Shown in pieces: positions 9,412 to 19,217 of a stretch of DNA of 64,000 nt. The notes below the pieces were generated by a model. It was given only the letters and a program-made list of their open reading frames with translations, was not told where the DNA came from and searched no databases. The stretch spans positions 32,001-96,000 of the IMG/VR virus record IMGVR_UViG_3300038393_001027. One strand, written 5' to 3'. The position numbers were made by a program, and so were the translations under genes. This DNA is from a virus. The stretch's first letter is position 1. The number at the start of each line of letters is the position of its first letter.

Positions 9412-10041
9412 CTACCGCCCGCCCTTGTAGTAGTCAGCCGGGTTCAGGCCGATCTTTCCGATGTACTCCAGCAAGATCCGGAAGTTCTGCTCCAGCCGGG
9501 CGTTGTGCTTACGCACGTAGTCCTTCGCCTCCACCTGCGACAGAACACCGTGCTCCTTGATCTGGGCCAGCGTCAGCTTGATCGTGTGGGTGGGGAAGAT
9601 GCAGAAGCGCCGCGTGCCATCCGGCTCTACCGTGTCGTCCGGGCTAAGATCAACCTCGAACTGATCATCCAGCGACTGGTGCATGCGGCCCACGCCTTCG
9701 GAGCAGTAGACGAGGATGCCGCTCGGCCCCTCGATGACGGCGAGGTTGTCGTTCGCCACGCCGTGCGGGACCAGCGGCTGTTCGCCCTGCTCGACGCGGG
9801 CCTTGTTGCTGGGCATATCCAACACTGCCTGCCGGATGTTGTAGACGTTCAGCGGGGTGACGGCGGGCGCCGGGGGGTTCGGGCTGATCTCATCCATGAT
9901 GGGGTTCATAGGGTCATGGAGCGGCGGCCGGACCTCGCCGGGCAGGGGCTCATTCAGGACCTTCTCGATCTGCGGGGCCGTACGGTCAAGCTCAGCCTGA
10001 AACAAGCGGATGCCCTCAGCGATCTCGTCAGGGGTAGCCAT
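9412..10041 (-). CDS. Hypothetical protein
   Basis: MATPDE start behind AAGGAGG, downstream of motif copy 2. Confidence 0.75.
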   Translation of the reverse strand: MATPDEIAEGIRLFQAELDRTAPQIEKVLNEPLPGEVRPPLHDPMNPIMDEISPNPPAPAVTPLNVYNIRQAVLDMPSNKARVEQGEQPLVPHGVANDNLAVIEGPSGILVYCSEGVGRMHQSLDDQFEVDLSPDDTVEPDGTRRFCIFPTHTIKLTLAQIKEHGVLSQVEAKDYVRKHNARLEQNFRILLEYIGKIGLNPADYYKGGR

Positions 10042-10088
10042 GTGGGTGTCCTCCTTGGGGATGTGTTGGGTTGGGGGCGCCCAAGGCA

Positions 10089-10131
10089 CCCCCTCATTAC
10101 TTCCGTACACCGGGCTACTGGGGCTGTGACA
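10089..10131 (-). promoter_or_regulatory. Repeated promoter-like motif, copy 2
   Basis: TGTCACAGCCCCAGTAGCCCGGTGTACGGAAGTAATGAGGGGG. Confidence 0.75.
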
Positions 10132-10303
10132 GCTTCGTTTCTAGCACCGTTGCCCGGCGCCCTTCCAGCATGTCGGTTGGCACCCAGACCTGACAGAAAG
10201 GACAAACCAACGCCTCACCGTCCACCGGGTCCGGCTTCCAGTCCTGTTCTGCGGTCCACTCACTACAGAAGGGGCAGTGGATGGCCTGCACTTCCTGCGG
10301 CAT
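10115..10303 (-). CDS. Small double Zn-ribbon protein
   Basis: Two CPFC motifs; GGAGGTG RBS; stop lies inside motif copy 2. Confidence 0.6.
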   Translation of the reverse strand: MPQEVQAIHCPFCSEWTAEQDWKPDPVDGEALVCPFCQVWVPTDMLEGRRATVLETKLSQPQ

Positions 10304-10315
10304 GTTGCACCTCCG

Positions 10316-12433
10316 CTAAAGCTGAATGTTGGGGTTCAAAGCCTGCGCCTTGCTGATCGTCACCGTCGTGGCCGGGTTGAAGCTCGCCAGAGGCGCTGTG
10401 CTGGCCGCCCGCCGGGGCTGAACCAGCGACTTCAACTCTTCCAGCGTGATCAGCTTGGCGAAGGCCTCTTCCGACAGTTCACCGTCCTCGACCAGCGCTT
10501 GGAAGATGGTGCGCTTGGAGTCCAGAAGCTTCATCTTGGCCTCTTCGAAGCCATCCCGGCAGAGGAGGTTGATGACCGTCACCGGGTTCTTCTGCCCAGA
10601 CCGATGGACACGGCCGTAGATCTGGTTCATCTTCTGGGGGTTAAAGTGCTGGTCAAGACAGATCACATAGTCGCCTTCCGACGTGCCGCTCTTGTCGAAA
10701 AGCTCCACGCCATAGTTGGCGGCCGTCGTGATGATGGCGATGCGGGTCTTGGGGTCCGTTTGGAACTTCTCAACCCGCTCGCTGATCTCAATGGACTTCA
10801 GCCCACCCTTGATGTAGACAAAGCCTACATGCGGGTAACGAAGCTGGATCTCCCGAAGTACGATGTCGGTCATCTCCACGTACTGGCTGAAGATCGTCAC
10901 CTTGTGCGTCACAAGGCCGATGTCCCCGATGATCTTCCACATCTCATCCAGCTTGGCACTCTCAGCCGGGATCGACATGTCCCGGATGATCGTCGTGACA
11001 GGCTCACCTGCTCGGTTGACTTTCACGCGCTCCTGACCGGGGTTCTCCGGGTCCGGCTCCATGACATAGACCACTTCGCCCAGCACCCGTTGCATGATCT
11101 CTGTCGTGTTGCAGACCTGCTGAAGCCGGGTGATCTGGGCCATGACAGCGAGGTACTGGGTCGTCTCGCCGTCTTCGTCGTCCCATGACTGCAGGATGCC
11201 CTCAACGATCTGGTCGTAGAGCTTCTCCTGCGCCGGGGTGTAGTCAACCCACTGCTCTAAGATGGTCAGTTCAGGCAGGTTGAGCGCGTCCTTCTTGGTT
11301 TTGCGCATGGATAGCGGCTCCAGCCGGGCTTTCAGTTCCGGCAGGGTCTCCGGGTTCGGCTGGCCTGTGCTGTGCCCGCCATAGTCGGTCAGGATGTAAC
11401 GGTCCTTGTACTGCGCCCACGTGCCCAGATAGCCCGGCCGGATGAAGTCCACGAGGTTGAATAGCTCCTCGATGTTGTTCTCCAGTGGGTTGGCCGTCAG
11501 CAGAGCCTTCCAGCCCGCCCCGCCGCAGATCTCGAAGAGCCGCTTGGACGCCACGCCCGTGTTCTTGACCCGGTGCGCCTCGTCAAGGATGACGCCCCAC
11601 GTCTGGTCGATGCCCAGCGCCCGCAGGAACTCGTGGTCGTTCATGAACAGTTCGTAGTTCACGACAATCACGTCTACATCCTGCTCGTACTGGACCTTAC
11701 GAAGCTCCTTTCCGGACACCCGCCGGATGTTGGGAACCATGCGGCCCGTCTTGCCTCGGAGGTACTTCTTCTTACCGTCCACCAAGGTATAGACGCGCTT
11801 GCCTTGCTCATCGCGGATCCAGTCCTCTTCCTCGATCATGCCGTAGTCCACATCGTCCGGTAGGTCACCGTCGATGATCTGGACCGACAGGTCCGTCCAC
11901 TGGCCGACTTCCTTGCGCCACGTGGAATACTTCAGCGGCGCCGGACAGATCACCAACAGGCGCTTCAGCCGTTTGCCTGCGATGAGCCGCAGACCAGCGG
12001 CGAGGGCGCCCAGTGACTTGCCTAGACCAACGTCCCATGCAAGGATGCCGCCGTCGCCAACCTTGACGTCCGTCAGGAACTGCACGCCAACCTTCTGGTA
12101 GTCACGGAGCGCCCAGCCGTTCGGCGACTTCAGTCCGTTAATGGTGATGGCGGATGCCTCTTGATTCTTGATCTGAATGCGCCGGGTGGCCTCAGCCAGT
12201 TGCTCCTTTAGCTGGGCCTCAACCTGTGGCGGGAGCATGGCCTGCGGGAGGAGGCGCTTGGCCTCCTCCAGATTCATCAGCGGAACCTCGTAGGCGCCCC
12301 GAACGCCGCCGGGGAGCATGAGTTCCTTCTCGAAGACGGCGCCGGGGATCTGGCGCAGGATGTGTCGGACGCTGAAGCCGTTCTTGATGCAGAACTTGGT
12401 GGGGTCCTTGGGGTGAGCGCAGAAGATGATCAC
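10316..12433 (-). CDS. SNF2-family (SF2) helicase/ATPase
   Basis: LRDYQ Q-motif, DVGLGKS, DEAH, TANPLEN, FSQY, QIYGRVHRSGQ; GTG start at 12433 behind GGGAGGT. Confidence 0.9.
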   Translation of the reverse strand: MIIFCAHPKDPTKFCIKNGFSVRHILRQIPGAVFEKELMLPGGVRGAYEVPLMNLEEAKRLLPQAMLPPQVEAQLKEQLAEATRRIQIKNQEASAITINGLKSPNGWALRDYQKVGVQFLTDVKVGDGGILAWDVGLGKSLGALAAGLRLIAGKRLKRLLVICPAPLKYSTWRKEVGQWTDLSVQIIDGDLPDDVDYGMIEEEDWIRDEQGKRVYTLVDGKKKYLRGKTGRMVPNIRRVSGKELRKVQYEQDVDVIVVNYELFMNDHEFLRALGIDQTWGVILDEAHRVKNTGVASKRLFEICGGAGWKALLTANPLENNIEELFNLVDFIRPGYLGTWAQYKDRYILTDYGGHSTGQPNPETLPELKARLEPLSMRKTKKDALNLPELTILEQWVDYTPAQEKLYDQIVEGILQSWDDEDGETTQYLAVMAQITRLQQVCNTTEIMQRVLGEVVYVMEPDPENPGQERVKVNRAGEPVTTIIRDMSIPAESAKLDEMWKIIGDIGLVTHKVTIFSQYVEMTDIVLREIQLRYPHVGFVYIKGGLKSIEISERVEKFQTDPKTRIAIITTAANYGVELFDKSGTSEGDYVICLDQHFNPQKMNQIYGRVHRSGQKNPVTVINLLCRDGFEEAKMKLLDSKRTIFQALVEDGELSEEAFAKLITLEELKSLVQPRRAASTAPLASFNPATTVTISKAQALNPNIQL

Positions 12434-12732
12434 TTCTGAACACCTCCCACCTGAAGCTCCATGCACTCAGTAACAGGATGCGGGCCGTCAGCCGGATAGG
12501 TCTTGAAATAAACCTGATCCCACCCAGCCGTCCTGAACGCTTTAATCAGTTGCTCCCGTACCCAGTTCGTGACCCCACCCCGTAGCGGAACTGACACGTT
12601 GACCTTCCCCTGCGTGGCATAGGAAAGGATCGTGGTGTTAGCGTGCGTAATCATGGCGCCCAGCACCTCGTTCTCCTTGGCGCGAAGCGCTTCCTGCACC
12701 TGAGTACTCAGCGGTCCTAACGGCGTCGGCAT
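12430..12732 (-). CDS. Hypothetical protein
   Basis: MPTPLG start behind AAGGAGG. Confidence 0.7.
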   Translation of the reverse strand: MPTPLGPLSTQVQEALRAKENEVLGAMITHANTTILSYATQGKVNVSVPLRGGVTNWVREQLIKAFRTAGWDQVYFKTYPADGPHPVTECMELQVGGVQK

Positions 12733-12768
12733 GATGATGCCCTCCTTTGTGCTGGGGGTGGAGGACCA

Positions 12769-12811
12769 CCCCCGCATTACTTACGTACACCGGGCTACCG
12801 GGGCTGTGACA
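12769..12811 (-). promoter_or_regulatory. Repeated promoter-like motif, copy 3
   Basis: TGTCACAGCCCCGGTAGCCCGGTGTACGTAAGTAATGCGGGGG. Confidence 0.75.
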
Positions 12812-12812
12812 G

Positions 12813-13103
12813 CTAACCCTGCGGCGTCCGGTACAGCCGGAAGTCCCCCTGCCAGTCCTCACCCGGCTTGGGCGTCTTGCCTTGGAACTTCAGGTCCCCC
12901 CAGCCAACGGCGATGTACCGCTCGCGCAGGATCTTCTCAACCGCCCCGTTGGGGTCCAGATCCTTCTCCGTGATGGTGACGAAGATAATCTCACCGATGC
13001 CCTTCGCCATCGCCACCCGGTCGATCTCTGCGTCAATGATCTTCTCCAGCTTGGCCGCCTTCTCCAGAATGGCCGTCTTACCGTGGTTCGGTCCCAGTGC
13101 CAT
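12813..13103 (-). CDS. Hypothetical protein
   Basis: MALGPNH start behind AAGGAGG. Confidence 0.7.
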   Translation of the reverse strand: MALGPNHGKTAILEKAAKLEKIIDAEIDRVAMAKGIGEIIFVTITEKDLDPNGAVEKILRERYIAVGWGDLKFQGKTPKPGEDWQGDFRLYRTPQG

Positions 13104-13116
13104 GACTAGACCCTCC

Positions 13117-13419
13117 TTAAAAGTCGCTGATCCGTCCACCGTATCGCCGGACGCTCGCCCGGACACCCTCTGCTACGATCTGGTTGTAGGTCTCTTGGTC
13201 TGACCGCCGGATGTCGTCTTGGTCAGCCTGATAAGAAGCCCCCTCGTCAGGCATAAACTCCGGATCCTCCGGGTACGGCTGGTTCAGCGGAACGTTGATG
13301 CCTGCACCGCACCCACTGCACTTTGTTGCCTCAAGCTGATCTAGCGAGTGGACCACATGCCCGTTCGTATGACCGCACAGCGGGCACTGAAGCGTTACCT
13401 TGATCGTCGGTAGATTCAT
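13117..13419 (-). CDS. Zn-ribbon protein
   Basis: CPLC..CSGC with acidic tail. Confidence 0.7.
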   Translation of the reverse strand: MNLPTIKVTLQCPLCGHTNGHVVHSLDQLEATKCSGCGAGINVPLNQPYPEDPEFMPDEGASYQADQDDIRRSDQETYNQIVAEGVRASVRRYGGRISDF

Positions 13420-13426
13420 CAGTCAG

Positions 13427-13513
13427 TCACCCCCAAATCTGAATGGCCCCGATCAGCAGAGCCAGCAGAATCATCGTCAGAATCGCCGCCGGAATCGCGT
13501 ACACCCACCGCAT
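13427..13513 (-). CDS. 28-aa single-pass membrane peptide
   Basis: GAGGTG RBS; MRWVYAIPAAILTMILLALLIGAIQIWG; below the ORF-track cutoff. Confidence 0.6.
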   Translation of the reverse strand: MRWVYAIPAAILTMILLALLIGAIQIWG

Positions 13514-13585
13514 CCGGATCACCTCGGACCTAGCATACCCGATTCTAGACGATAATGCACAATCCGAACGCTGGGAAAGGTCGGG

Positions 13586-14029
13586 TTAGGTCCCGGCCAA
13601 ATCCTGCTGATGTTGTGTCTGGACCCCGGCTCGCTCCAAGAAGGCCAGCGGTTTGTCGTCACGGTACAACTCCGCGTAGACCACCCGGCTGATGCCCTCA
13701 GTCACCATGCGCTTGGCGCAGTTCATGCAAGGCGATAGCGTCAGGTAGACCGTGGCACCCCGCAGATCCAGTCCACGGGCGACGGCCTTTAAGATAGCGT
13801 TCTCCTCCGCATGTCGGGTCCGGTGACACCCCTCACCCTCACCGGGGATCTGCAGGCAACCCACCTCTGTGCAGTGGGGGTGCCCGGCCGGGGCGCCGTT
13901 GAAACCGATCGTCAGTACGTCCTTCCCCTTCACGATGACAGCGCCAACCTGCTTTCGGGGACAGGTCCCCATGGTAGCGGTCAGAGCGGCCATCTGCAGG
14001 AAGAACTCGTCATAGCTGGGGCGCCCCAT
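13586..14029 (-). CDS. dCMP deaminase (ComEB/cytidine deaminase family)
   Basis: VGAVIV, GFNG, HAEENA, SPCMNC Zn-binding motifs. Confidence 0.92.
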   Translation of the reverse strand: MGRPSYDEFFLQMAALTATMGTCPRKQVGAVIVKGKDVLTIGFNGAPAGHPHCTEVGCLQIPGEGEGCHRTRHAEENAILKAVARGLDLRGATVYLTLSPCMNCAKRMVTEGISRVVYAELYRDDKPLAFLERAGVQTQHQQDLAGT

Positions 14030-14319
14030 CAGTAGAGCACCCCGCCGCTGTACTGGTCATCGGTCAGGTCGAAGGTGGGTGGCACGGCGCCCTGTTCCAC
14101 GTAGAGCACGTGATGGCGCTCGTAGAGCCGGGGGTTCACCCGCTTCACGAGGATGAAGTCAGACCCGCTGTGCTTCTCCTCCGCTATCTGGGCCTCAGCG
14201 TCCGTGTAGGGCTGGCACTGCTCGACAACACCCGTCAGCAGGTAACCATGAGGGGTCTCACGCTCCAGCACCCCGAAGATGGGCGGTCGATCGTCGATGA
14301 AAAACAGCTTCACGTCCAT
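14029..14319 (-). CDS. Hypothetical protein
   Basis: Translationally coupled ORF with RBS. Confidence 0.65.
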   Translation of the reverse strand: MDVKLFFIDDRPPIFGVLERETPHGYLLTGVVEQCQPYTDAEAQIAEEKHSGSDFILVKRVNPRLYERHHVLYVEQGAVPPTFDLTDDQYSGGVLY

Positions 14320-14558
14320 TAGTAGATCACCTCAGCCTTCCAAGCGTCGTCCGTTAGGTTCTTGTCGATCAGGGGTAGATGGAACGGGGCCAGTAACAGC
14401 CATTCCGTGGTACCAGCGATGCCCGGCACGGCCTCCTCAGCCGCCCGCCGGAGCTTCGTGTTCAGTTCCGCTGAAACCGCCGCCACCTTGGTCCCGACAG
14501 GCCATGGCCCCGCCTTGAAATAGGCGTCCACAGCCTGCCCCAGCAGATTCTGGGTCAT
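14319..14558 (-). CDS. Hypothetical protein
   Basis: Coupled ORF, GGAGGGG RBS. Confidence 0.65.
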   Translation of the reverse strand: MTQNLLGQAVDAYFKAGPWPVGTKVAAVSAELNTKLRRAAEEAVPGIAGTTEWLLLAPFHLPLIDKNLTDDAWKAEVIY

Positions 14559-14560
14559 GG

Positions 14561-14986
14561 TTACCCCTCCTGCACCTTGTAGACCTTTGCTGACACAACA
14601 TGGCCGTCCGGCTCAAACGTGGTCCGGATGCCTTGGCCTTCCTCGATTTCGGGACCACTGGCGCTCGTCGGCTCAGGAATCCCCTGTGCCTGCCGAAGCT
14701 CACGTGTCGCCAAAATCAACTGCTTGATCTGGTAGCGAGTGGCGTCCGTTTCGAAGTGTGGATGTGCCTCATTCTCGATCACCAGACCGAACTCGTTGGG
14801 GGCCAAACACACCCATGCGATGGGCAGATCACCGCCTCGGAAAAAGACGGCCGCATGGACCGGGATGGACCCCATCGCCTTCGGGATCCGCTTCATGCAC
14901 AGGTTGCCCTGCGCCACCTCCTCAGCCCCGTTGATGATCTGCAAGAGCATTCGGGACCGCTTGCGCCGCACAATGACATTCGTCAT
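14561..14986 (-). CDS. Hypothetical protein
   Basis: 141-aa ORF with RBS. Confidence 0.7.
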   Translation of the reverse strand: MTNVIVRRKRSRMLLQIINGAEEVAQGNLCMKRIPKAMGSIPVHAAVFFRGGDLPIAWVCLAPNEFGLVIENEAHPHFETDATRYQIKQLILATRELRQAQGIPEPTSASGPEIEEGQGIRTTFEPDGHVVSAKVYKVQEG

Positions 14987-14992
14987 GATCGG

Positions 14993-15304
14993 TCAAACCC
15001 CTTTCTTGTTCAGCCACGGTAACCGAAACTGACTCAGGTCCGTCACGGGCAGACCCTGCGCCAGCCGCTGGCGCCGGATGTGGTTGTTCAGATCGTCCCG
15101 CCGGGTGTTCTCCACGAGGATGGCCCGGTCCACATCAGCCGGGATGGTTGCCCCTTGAAAGTCGCCCTCAGCCACATTCAGCCCGTCGATCAGGGATTGA
15201 AGCGGATCCGCTTCAACCTGTACAGGTTGGGCTGGGGCCAGAAACGCCATGATCCGGGCCTCAACCGCCGCATAGTTCCCCGTCAGCCACTCCAGCGTCT
15301 TCAT
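14993..15304 (-). CDS. Hypothetical protein
   Basis: MKTLEWL start overlapping upstream stop (ATGA). Confidence 0.6.
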   Translation of the reverse strand: MKTLEWLTGNYAAVEARIMAFLAPAQPVQVEADPLQSLIDGLNVAEGDFQGATIPADVDRAILVENTRRDDLNNHIRRQRLAQGLPVTDLSQFRLPWLNKKGV

Positions 15305-15570
15305 CGCCCCGCCGCTCCTTCCGCATCGTCCTCGATGGTACCCAGCATCCAGCCCATCAACTCGCACAACCGGAAGAGCCGCTTCAGCGCCCGGATGTTG
15401 CGCCTCGCCACGGGCAAAACCCGCTCGAAGTTCCGCCGCTTCAGTTCCAATTCCGGAGACAAGGGCTGGGGCAACGCATTCAGGTCCCGGATGCCCAAGA
15501 GCAGAGAGTTCTCCCGACTCTCTGCTCTCCTCAGCGCCCACTCCAAGGCCTCCAGCAAGTCTTCGTTCAC
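15301..15570 (-). CDS. Hypothetical helical protein
   Basis: 89-aa ORF coupled to neighbours. Confidence 0.6.
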   Translation of the reverse strand: MNEDLLEALEWALRRAESRENSLLLGIRDLNALPQPLSPELELKRRNFERVLPVARRNIRALKRLFRLCELMGWMLGTIEDDAEGAAGR

Positions 15571-15572
15571 GA

Positions 15573-16589
15573 TTACATCCCGACTCCCGTCCAGTAGTAG
15601 ATCGGATTTGCGTCAGCCGGGACTTCGTGGGGCCGCTCTGACCAGCTTGCATAGACCGGAACAAGCCGCTTGAACCACTCGATGTTGATGCCTGCCGCCT
15701 CATCCACGTTGTAGGTGTCGATGTACTGGAAGATCTGGCTACCCTCGTAACCACCGTAGAAGGTACCATAGATGCTCTGCCTGCGCTGGAAGAGTTGATC
15801 CATTCGCACAGCTTCGCCCTTCATGAGCCGCAGGCCAAACTCCTTTGCCTCCGGATCAATCTCCTTGTGCTGGTCAACATACGTCTGGATCCACGCTGAA
15901 TTGACCAGCGTCGCATGATGCCACGGGTTACCCATGCGGGCGAAGAGCAACTCAGCCCGCTGGTAGTTCAGTACATTCAGCCCCGTCCGTGACTGGACAA
16001 TCGTACGCCACACCTTAGGGCCAAAGTCGTAAATCCGAGGGTTCATGGCGTAGCCTGCAATCGCCTTCTCGCCTTTCTGCCCGAAGATGGTCACCCGCTT
16101 CGGCTCCTGATGCTTGAGCAGGGCCTCGCCAAACGGCCGCAGGAGTTCCCGCCGGGCCGCCGCTTCCCCCTCTACGCCGATGGCGCTCCAGCTAAACCCG
16201 AAGGAAATCTCCCGACGCCACGCCTCGGGCGTCATCCACTGGGCAAAAGATCGCTCGTCGATCAGCCGCATGAACGCCCGGCCCAGATCAGTCGGCACGG
16301 GCGCCGGGCAGTTGCGCTTGTCACGGTCGTAGTGACACTCGTGCTCACCTACGTACTCGATCAGCCCCAGCCGCTTCAACTGCTTGATCTGCTTCAGGTC
16401 AAGGCTGAGTTCGTCTTCAAAGTAGTGCTTGCAGACACCACTGCCCCAGCCGTCCAACAGCCGATAGAACATGCCATACAAGGCATCCTTGGTGGTCGGC
16501 GTCAGCTTGATCATGTAGTCAGCTTCCGTCACCGGGTTCTGATACAGTAAGGGCGCCGGGGCCTTATGCGACCAGATCTGCATGGACAT
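15573..16589 (-). CDS. Hypothetical protein with possible N-terminal wHTH
   Basis: 338-aa ORF behind hairpin and AAGGAG; LKRLGLIEY..PTDLG pattern. Confidence 0.75.
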   Translation of the reverse strand: MSMQIWSHKAPAPLLYQNPVTEADYMIKLTPTTKDALYGMFYRLLDGWGSGVCKHYFEDELSLDLKQIKQLKRLGLIEYVGEHECHYDRDKRNCPAPVPTDLGRAFMRLIDERSFAQWMTPEAWRREISFGFSWSAIGVEGEAAARRELLRPFGEALLKHQEPKRVTIFGQKGEKAIAGYAMNPRIYDFGPKVWRTIVQSRTGLNVLNYQRAELLFARMGNPWHHATLVNSAWIQTYVDQHKEIDPEAKEFGLRLMKGEAVRMDQLFQRRQSIYGTFYGGYEGSQIFQYIDTYNVDEAAGINIEWFKRLVPVYASWSERPHEVPADANPIYYWTGVGM

Positions 16590-16632
16590 GAGGAATCGCG
16601 CTCCTTTTGATTGGGGCGGGCGCCCCGTGGTG

Positions 16633-16920
16633 TTAGGCCTCGATCAACGGGACCTTAATGATACTGACGGTTGTCACCCAATAAAACGACACGTCAACAC
16701 CCTTGAAGCCATGGCGCCGAAGCACTGTTTGCACAGGATTCCGGCCACCCGCCAGCCGCTTCTGCAAGATACGCTCACTGTAGTCGCAGTTGTACAGGTC
16801 CTTCTGTAGCGCATCCGCCTTTGCCTCAGCCTGTGGTCCGGCGAAGACACCCACGATGTCTAGCCGCTCGTGGGGATCATCGCCTGCCATGACCACGTAA
16901 GCCAACGTGAACTTTGCCAT
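16633..16920 (-). CDS. Hypothetical protein
   Basis: MAKFTL start behind hairpin and AAGGAG. Confidence 0.65.
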   Translation of the reverse strand: MAKFTLAYVVMAGDDPHERLDIVGVFAGPQAEAKADALQKDLYNCDYSERILQKRLAGGRNPVQTVLRRHGFKGVDVSFYWVTTVSIIKVPLIEA

Positions 16921-16971
16921 GATCTTCACTCCTTGGGGGCCGGGTGGTCCGGCCCCCCCTCGCCGCTTGGT

Positions 16972-17658
16972 TTAGAAGCTGAAGTCGTAGTACTCACTCC
17001 GGGCGCCCAGCCCGATGGAGTAGTTGCGATCCTTGATCGTACCCTTGATCCAGTAGATCCGCCCGTTACGCTCGACCCGCCGGGCGTCGTAGGTCTGGCC
17101 CTCCGGGTCCCGCTCGAAGCGGTAATCCTGCGATTCGCTCATGCCGTTCGTGTCAATGCGCTCGGCTCGGTCCTGCTGGACCTCGACGCCCTTGACCCGG
17201 CCGTCCTTGGTGAACAGGACCTTGCTGACCGTGGCCGCATGGCGGTCGCTGAACATGATGACCGTCGCCGGGGCGCCCACCACCGGGCCGATGACGTCGT
17301 AGATCATGGAGAGGATGCCGCCCTCACCGTGCGGGTAGTCCGTCCGGTTGTCATAGGGGACCACGTTCCCTGCCGGGTCTACGATCTGGTAGTGCCGCTC
17401 GATGCGCTCCTCCGGGGCCTTGCCGGGCGGGCGCACCGTGAAGGTATGCGTGTCGGTCAGGTAGAGCTTGTAGCCAGCCGCATGGAGCTTTGCCATGGTC
17501 TCGGCCAGCACCTCCGGCACCATCTCGGTGGAGTCGGTCGGATGCGGGCCGTTCGGTAGCTCAGTCCACGTGGAGCGGTCACGACGGTTCGGTAGGTTGG
17601 CGATGACGGTCTGCAGGCGGGAGCTAGTCTGCTGGGTGCTCATACGTTCGGTGGTCAT
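16972..17658 (-). CDS. Hypothetical phage protein
   Basis: MTTERM start behind AAGGGGG, downstream of motif copy 4. Confidence 0.75.
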   Translation of the reverse strand: MTTERMSTQQTSSRLQTVIANLPNRRDRSTWTELPNGPHPTDSTEMVPEVLAETMAKLHAAGYKLYLTDTHTFTVRPPGKAPEERIERHYQIVDPAGNVVPYDNRTDYPHGEGGILSMIYDVIGPVVGAPATVIMFSDRHAATVSKVLFTKDGRVKGVEVQQDRAERIDTNGMSESQDYRFERDPEGQTYDARRVERNGRIYWIKGTIKDRNYSIGLGARSEYYDFSF

Positions 17659-17698
17659 GTGGTTATCCCCCTTGTTGTTGATGGGGGGCGGGGTTGCG

Positions 17699-17742
17699 CC
17701 CCCCTCATTACTCTCGTACACCGGGCCTCTGGCGCTGTGACA
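17699..17742 (-). promoter_or_regulatory. Repeated promoter-like motif, copy 4
   Basis: TGTCACAGCGCCAGAGGCCCGGTGTACGAGAGTAATGAGGGGGG. Confidence 0.75.
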
Positions 17743-17807
17743 GTCCTAGTGTAGCCGGGTCCTTGGACAAATATGCACAATCAGAAGCCCACAAAGCCGG
17801 GGCAGGA

Positions 17808-18206
17808 CTAGAATGGATGCTCCGGCAGGGCGCCCTCAAGACCCAGCGTCTCGATGACCCGCTCAACAGAACCTACCCGGTCACCCTCTTCCAGACCCTC
17901 GAAGATGGCGTCACGCACTGCCTCAGCCTTGGACTTGGCCGCTAGGCAGGCGTCGTCGCTCTTTTTGCCAACACCGACGAAGAAGCACAGGACTTCGGTT
18001 TCCGGTCCGAAGTTGTCGCTGTACCCACCGCTGACCGTAGAGACAGCCAACACTTGGTACCCCACGATGATCTTGCCGTCCGGAGCATTCTTCAGCCCCA
18101 CAGACCGCGCCTGTGCATCCGTCAACCCGTGCCACAGGGGCAGGACCTCGATCTTGAAGCACTGATCCGTATTAACCGGGGTCCCGTCTAGCGCTCTAAT
18201 CCACAT
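17808..18206 (-). CDS. Hypothetical protein
   Basis: MWIRALDG start overlapping upstream gene end. Confidence 0.6.
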   Translation of the reverse strand: MWIRALDGTPVNTDQCFKIEVLPLWHGLTDAQARSVGLKNAPDGKIIVGYQVLAVSTVSGGYSDNFGPETEVLCFFVGVGKKSDDACLAAKSKAEAVRDAIFEGLEEGDRVGSVERVIETLGLEGALPEHPF

Positions 18207-18552
18207 CTTCCACAGCCTCCTCGTGGGTGACGCCAGCCGCCCGCTGGATCTGTTCAATGAAGTCCTGCCGGAACCGCCCGTCCTCGTCATAGTTGGCCGG
18301 GTCGGCGCCGGGTACGTGCCAGCCGAACATGGACCCTGCACTCATCGCCTCAGCCTGCCCCTTGGTGATGCCCATCTCCGCGTTCAACTCGTCGGCCGGG
18401 AGCTTGCGCATGTGCTCATCCTTGAGCGGGTAGAAGCCCATCTCACCCCGGCGGATGCCGATCGTCTCCCCGGTCGTCCGGTTGGTACCGTAACAGGCCG
18501 CCGGAAGTCCTCCGAACGTCGGATGCACCTTGTACAGATCCTGCTCAGACAT
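18196..18552 (-). CDS. Hypothetical mobile-element protein
   Basis: AAGGAG RBS; GIT..QAEAM.AGSMFGW.VPGADP motif recalled from Bacillota mobile elements. Confidence 0.7.
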   Translation of the reverse strand: MSEQDLYKVHPTFGGLPAACYGTNRTTGETIGIRRGEMGFYPLKDEHMRKLPADELNAEMGITKGQAEAMSAGSMFGWHVPGADPANYDEDGRFRQDFIEQIQRAAGVTHEEAVEDVD

Positions 18553-18593
18553 GTGTACTCGCTCTCCTTTCAGATGTGGGCCGGGGCCGGGGG

Positions 18594-19217
18594 TTACCCG
18601 GCCTGCTTCTTGTTCTTGGTACCTTCAGCCTTGCCTGCCGACTTGCCACGGGCGCCGCTGGCGCCCTTCTTGGCGTCATGTGACACCTTAGGCGTCTTCG
18701 ACGTCTTGGGCGCCGCCTTGGTCTTGCTGGGGGCCTTGGGCGGGGTCTCAGGGGCGGCGCGTTCAGCAAGCTCCGCAAGCTGGCGCCGATCCGCCCGTGC
18801 CGCCCGGCCCGCCGCTCGTTTGGCCTGCGTATCGGCCTGCACCTTATCCCACCCGGTCAACTCCCGTTTGGCCGGGGTCTGCGCCTCAAACACGATGGGG
18901 GTCTCAGCCTTGGCCTTAGCTGGCTTGGCCGGGCGCTCAGGCTTGGTGGGCGCCTTGTACTCGACACCCTTGAGCTTCCCAAGGATGCCCTCGAACAGAT
19001 CAGCCTCCAGAAGCTGGGGCTTCTCAAAGCCCGGCTTCCCGTCAGCACCGATGGAGCGCTGGGCAATCTTCACGAAGTGCTTCGTGATGCCGTGCGCAAC
19101 CATCGTCGATTCAACGACTCGAACCTCCGTCTGGGTCTCCGTGTTCTGCCGGATGAAGCTCGCCAGCGTACGGCCCTCGATGAATTCGTAGTCCGTCTTC
19201 TGCTTATCGTCTGCCAT
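18594..19217 (-). CDS. Putative DNA-binding protein with K/A/P-rich basic tail
   Basis: Start downstream of motif copy 5; highly basic low-complexity C-terminus. Confidence 0.65.
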   Translation of the reverse strand: MADDKQKTDYEFIEGRTLASFIRQNTETQTEVRVVESTMVAHGITKHFVKIAQRSIGADGKPGFEKPQLLEADLFEGILGKLKGVEYKAPTKPERPAKPAKAKAETPIVFEAQTPAKRELTGWDKVQADTQAKRAAGRAARADRRQLAELAERAAPETPPKAPSKTKAAPKTSKTPKVSHDAKKGASGARGKSAGKAEGTKNKKQAG

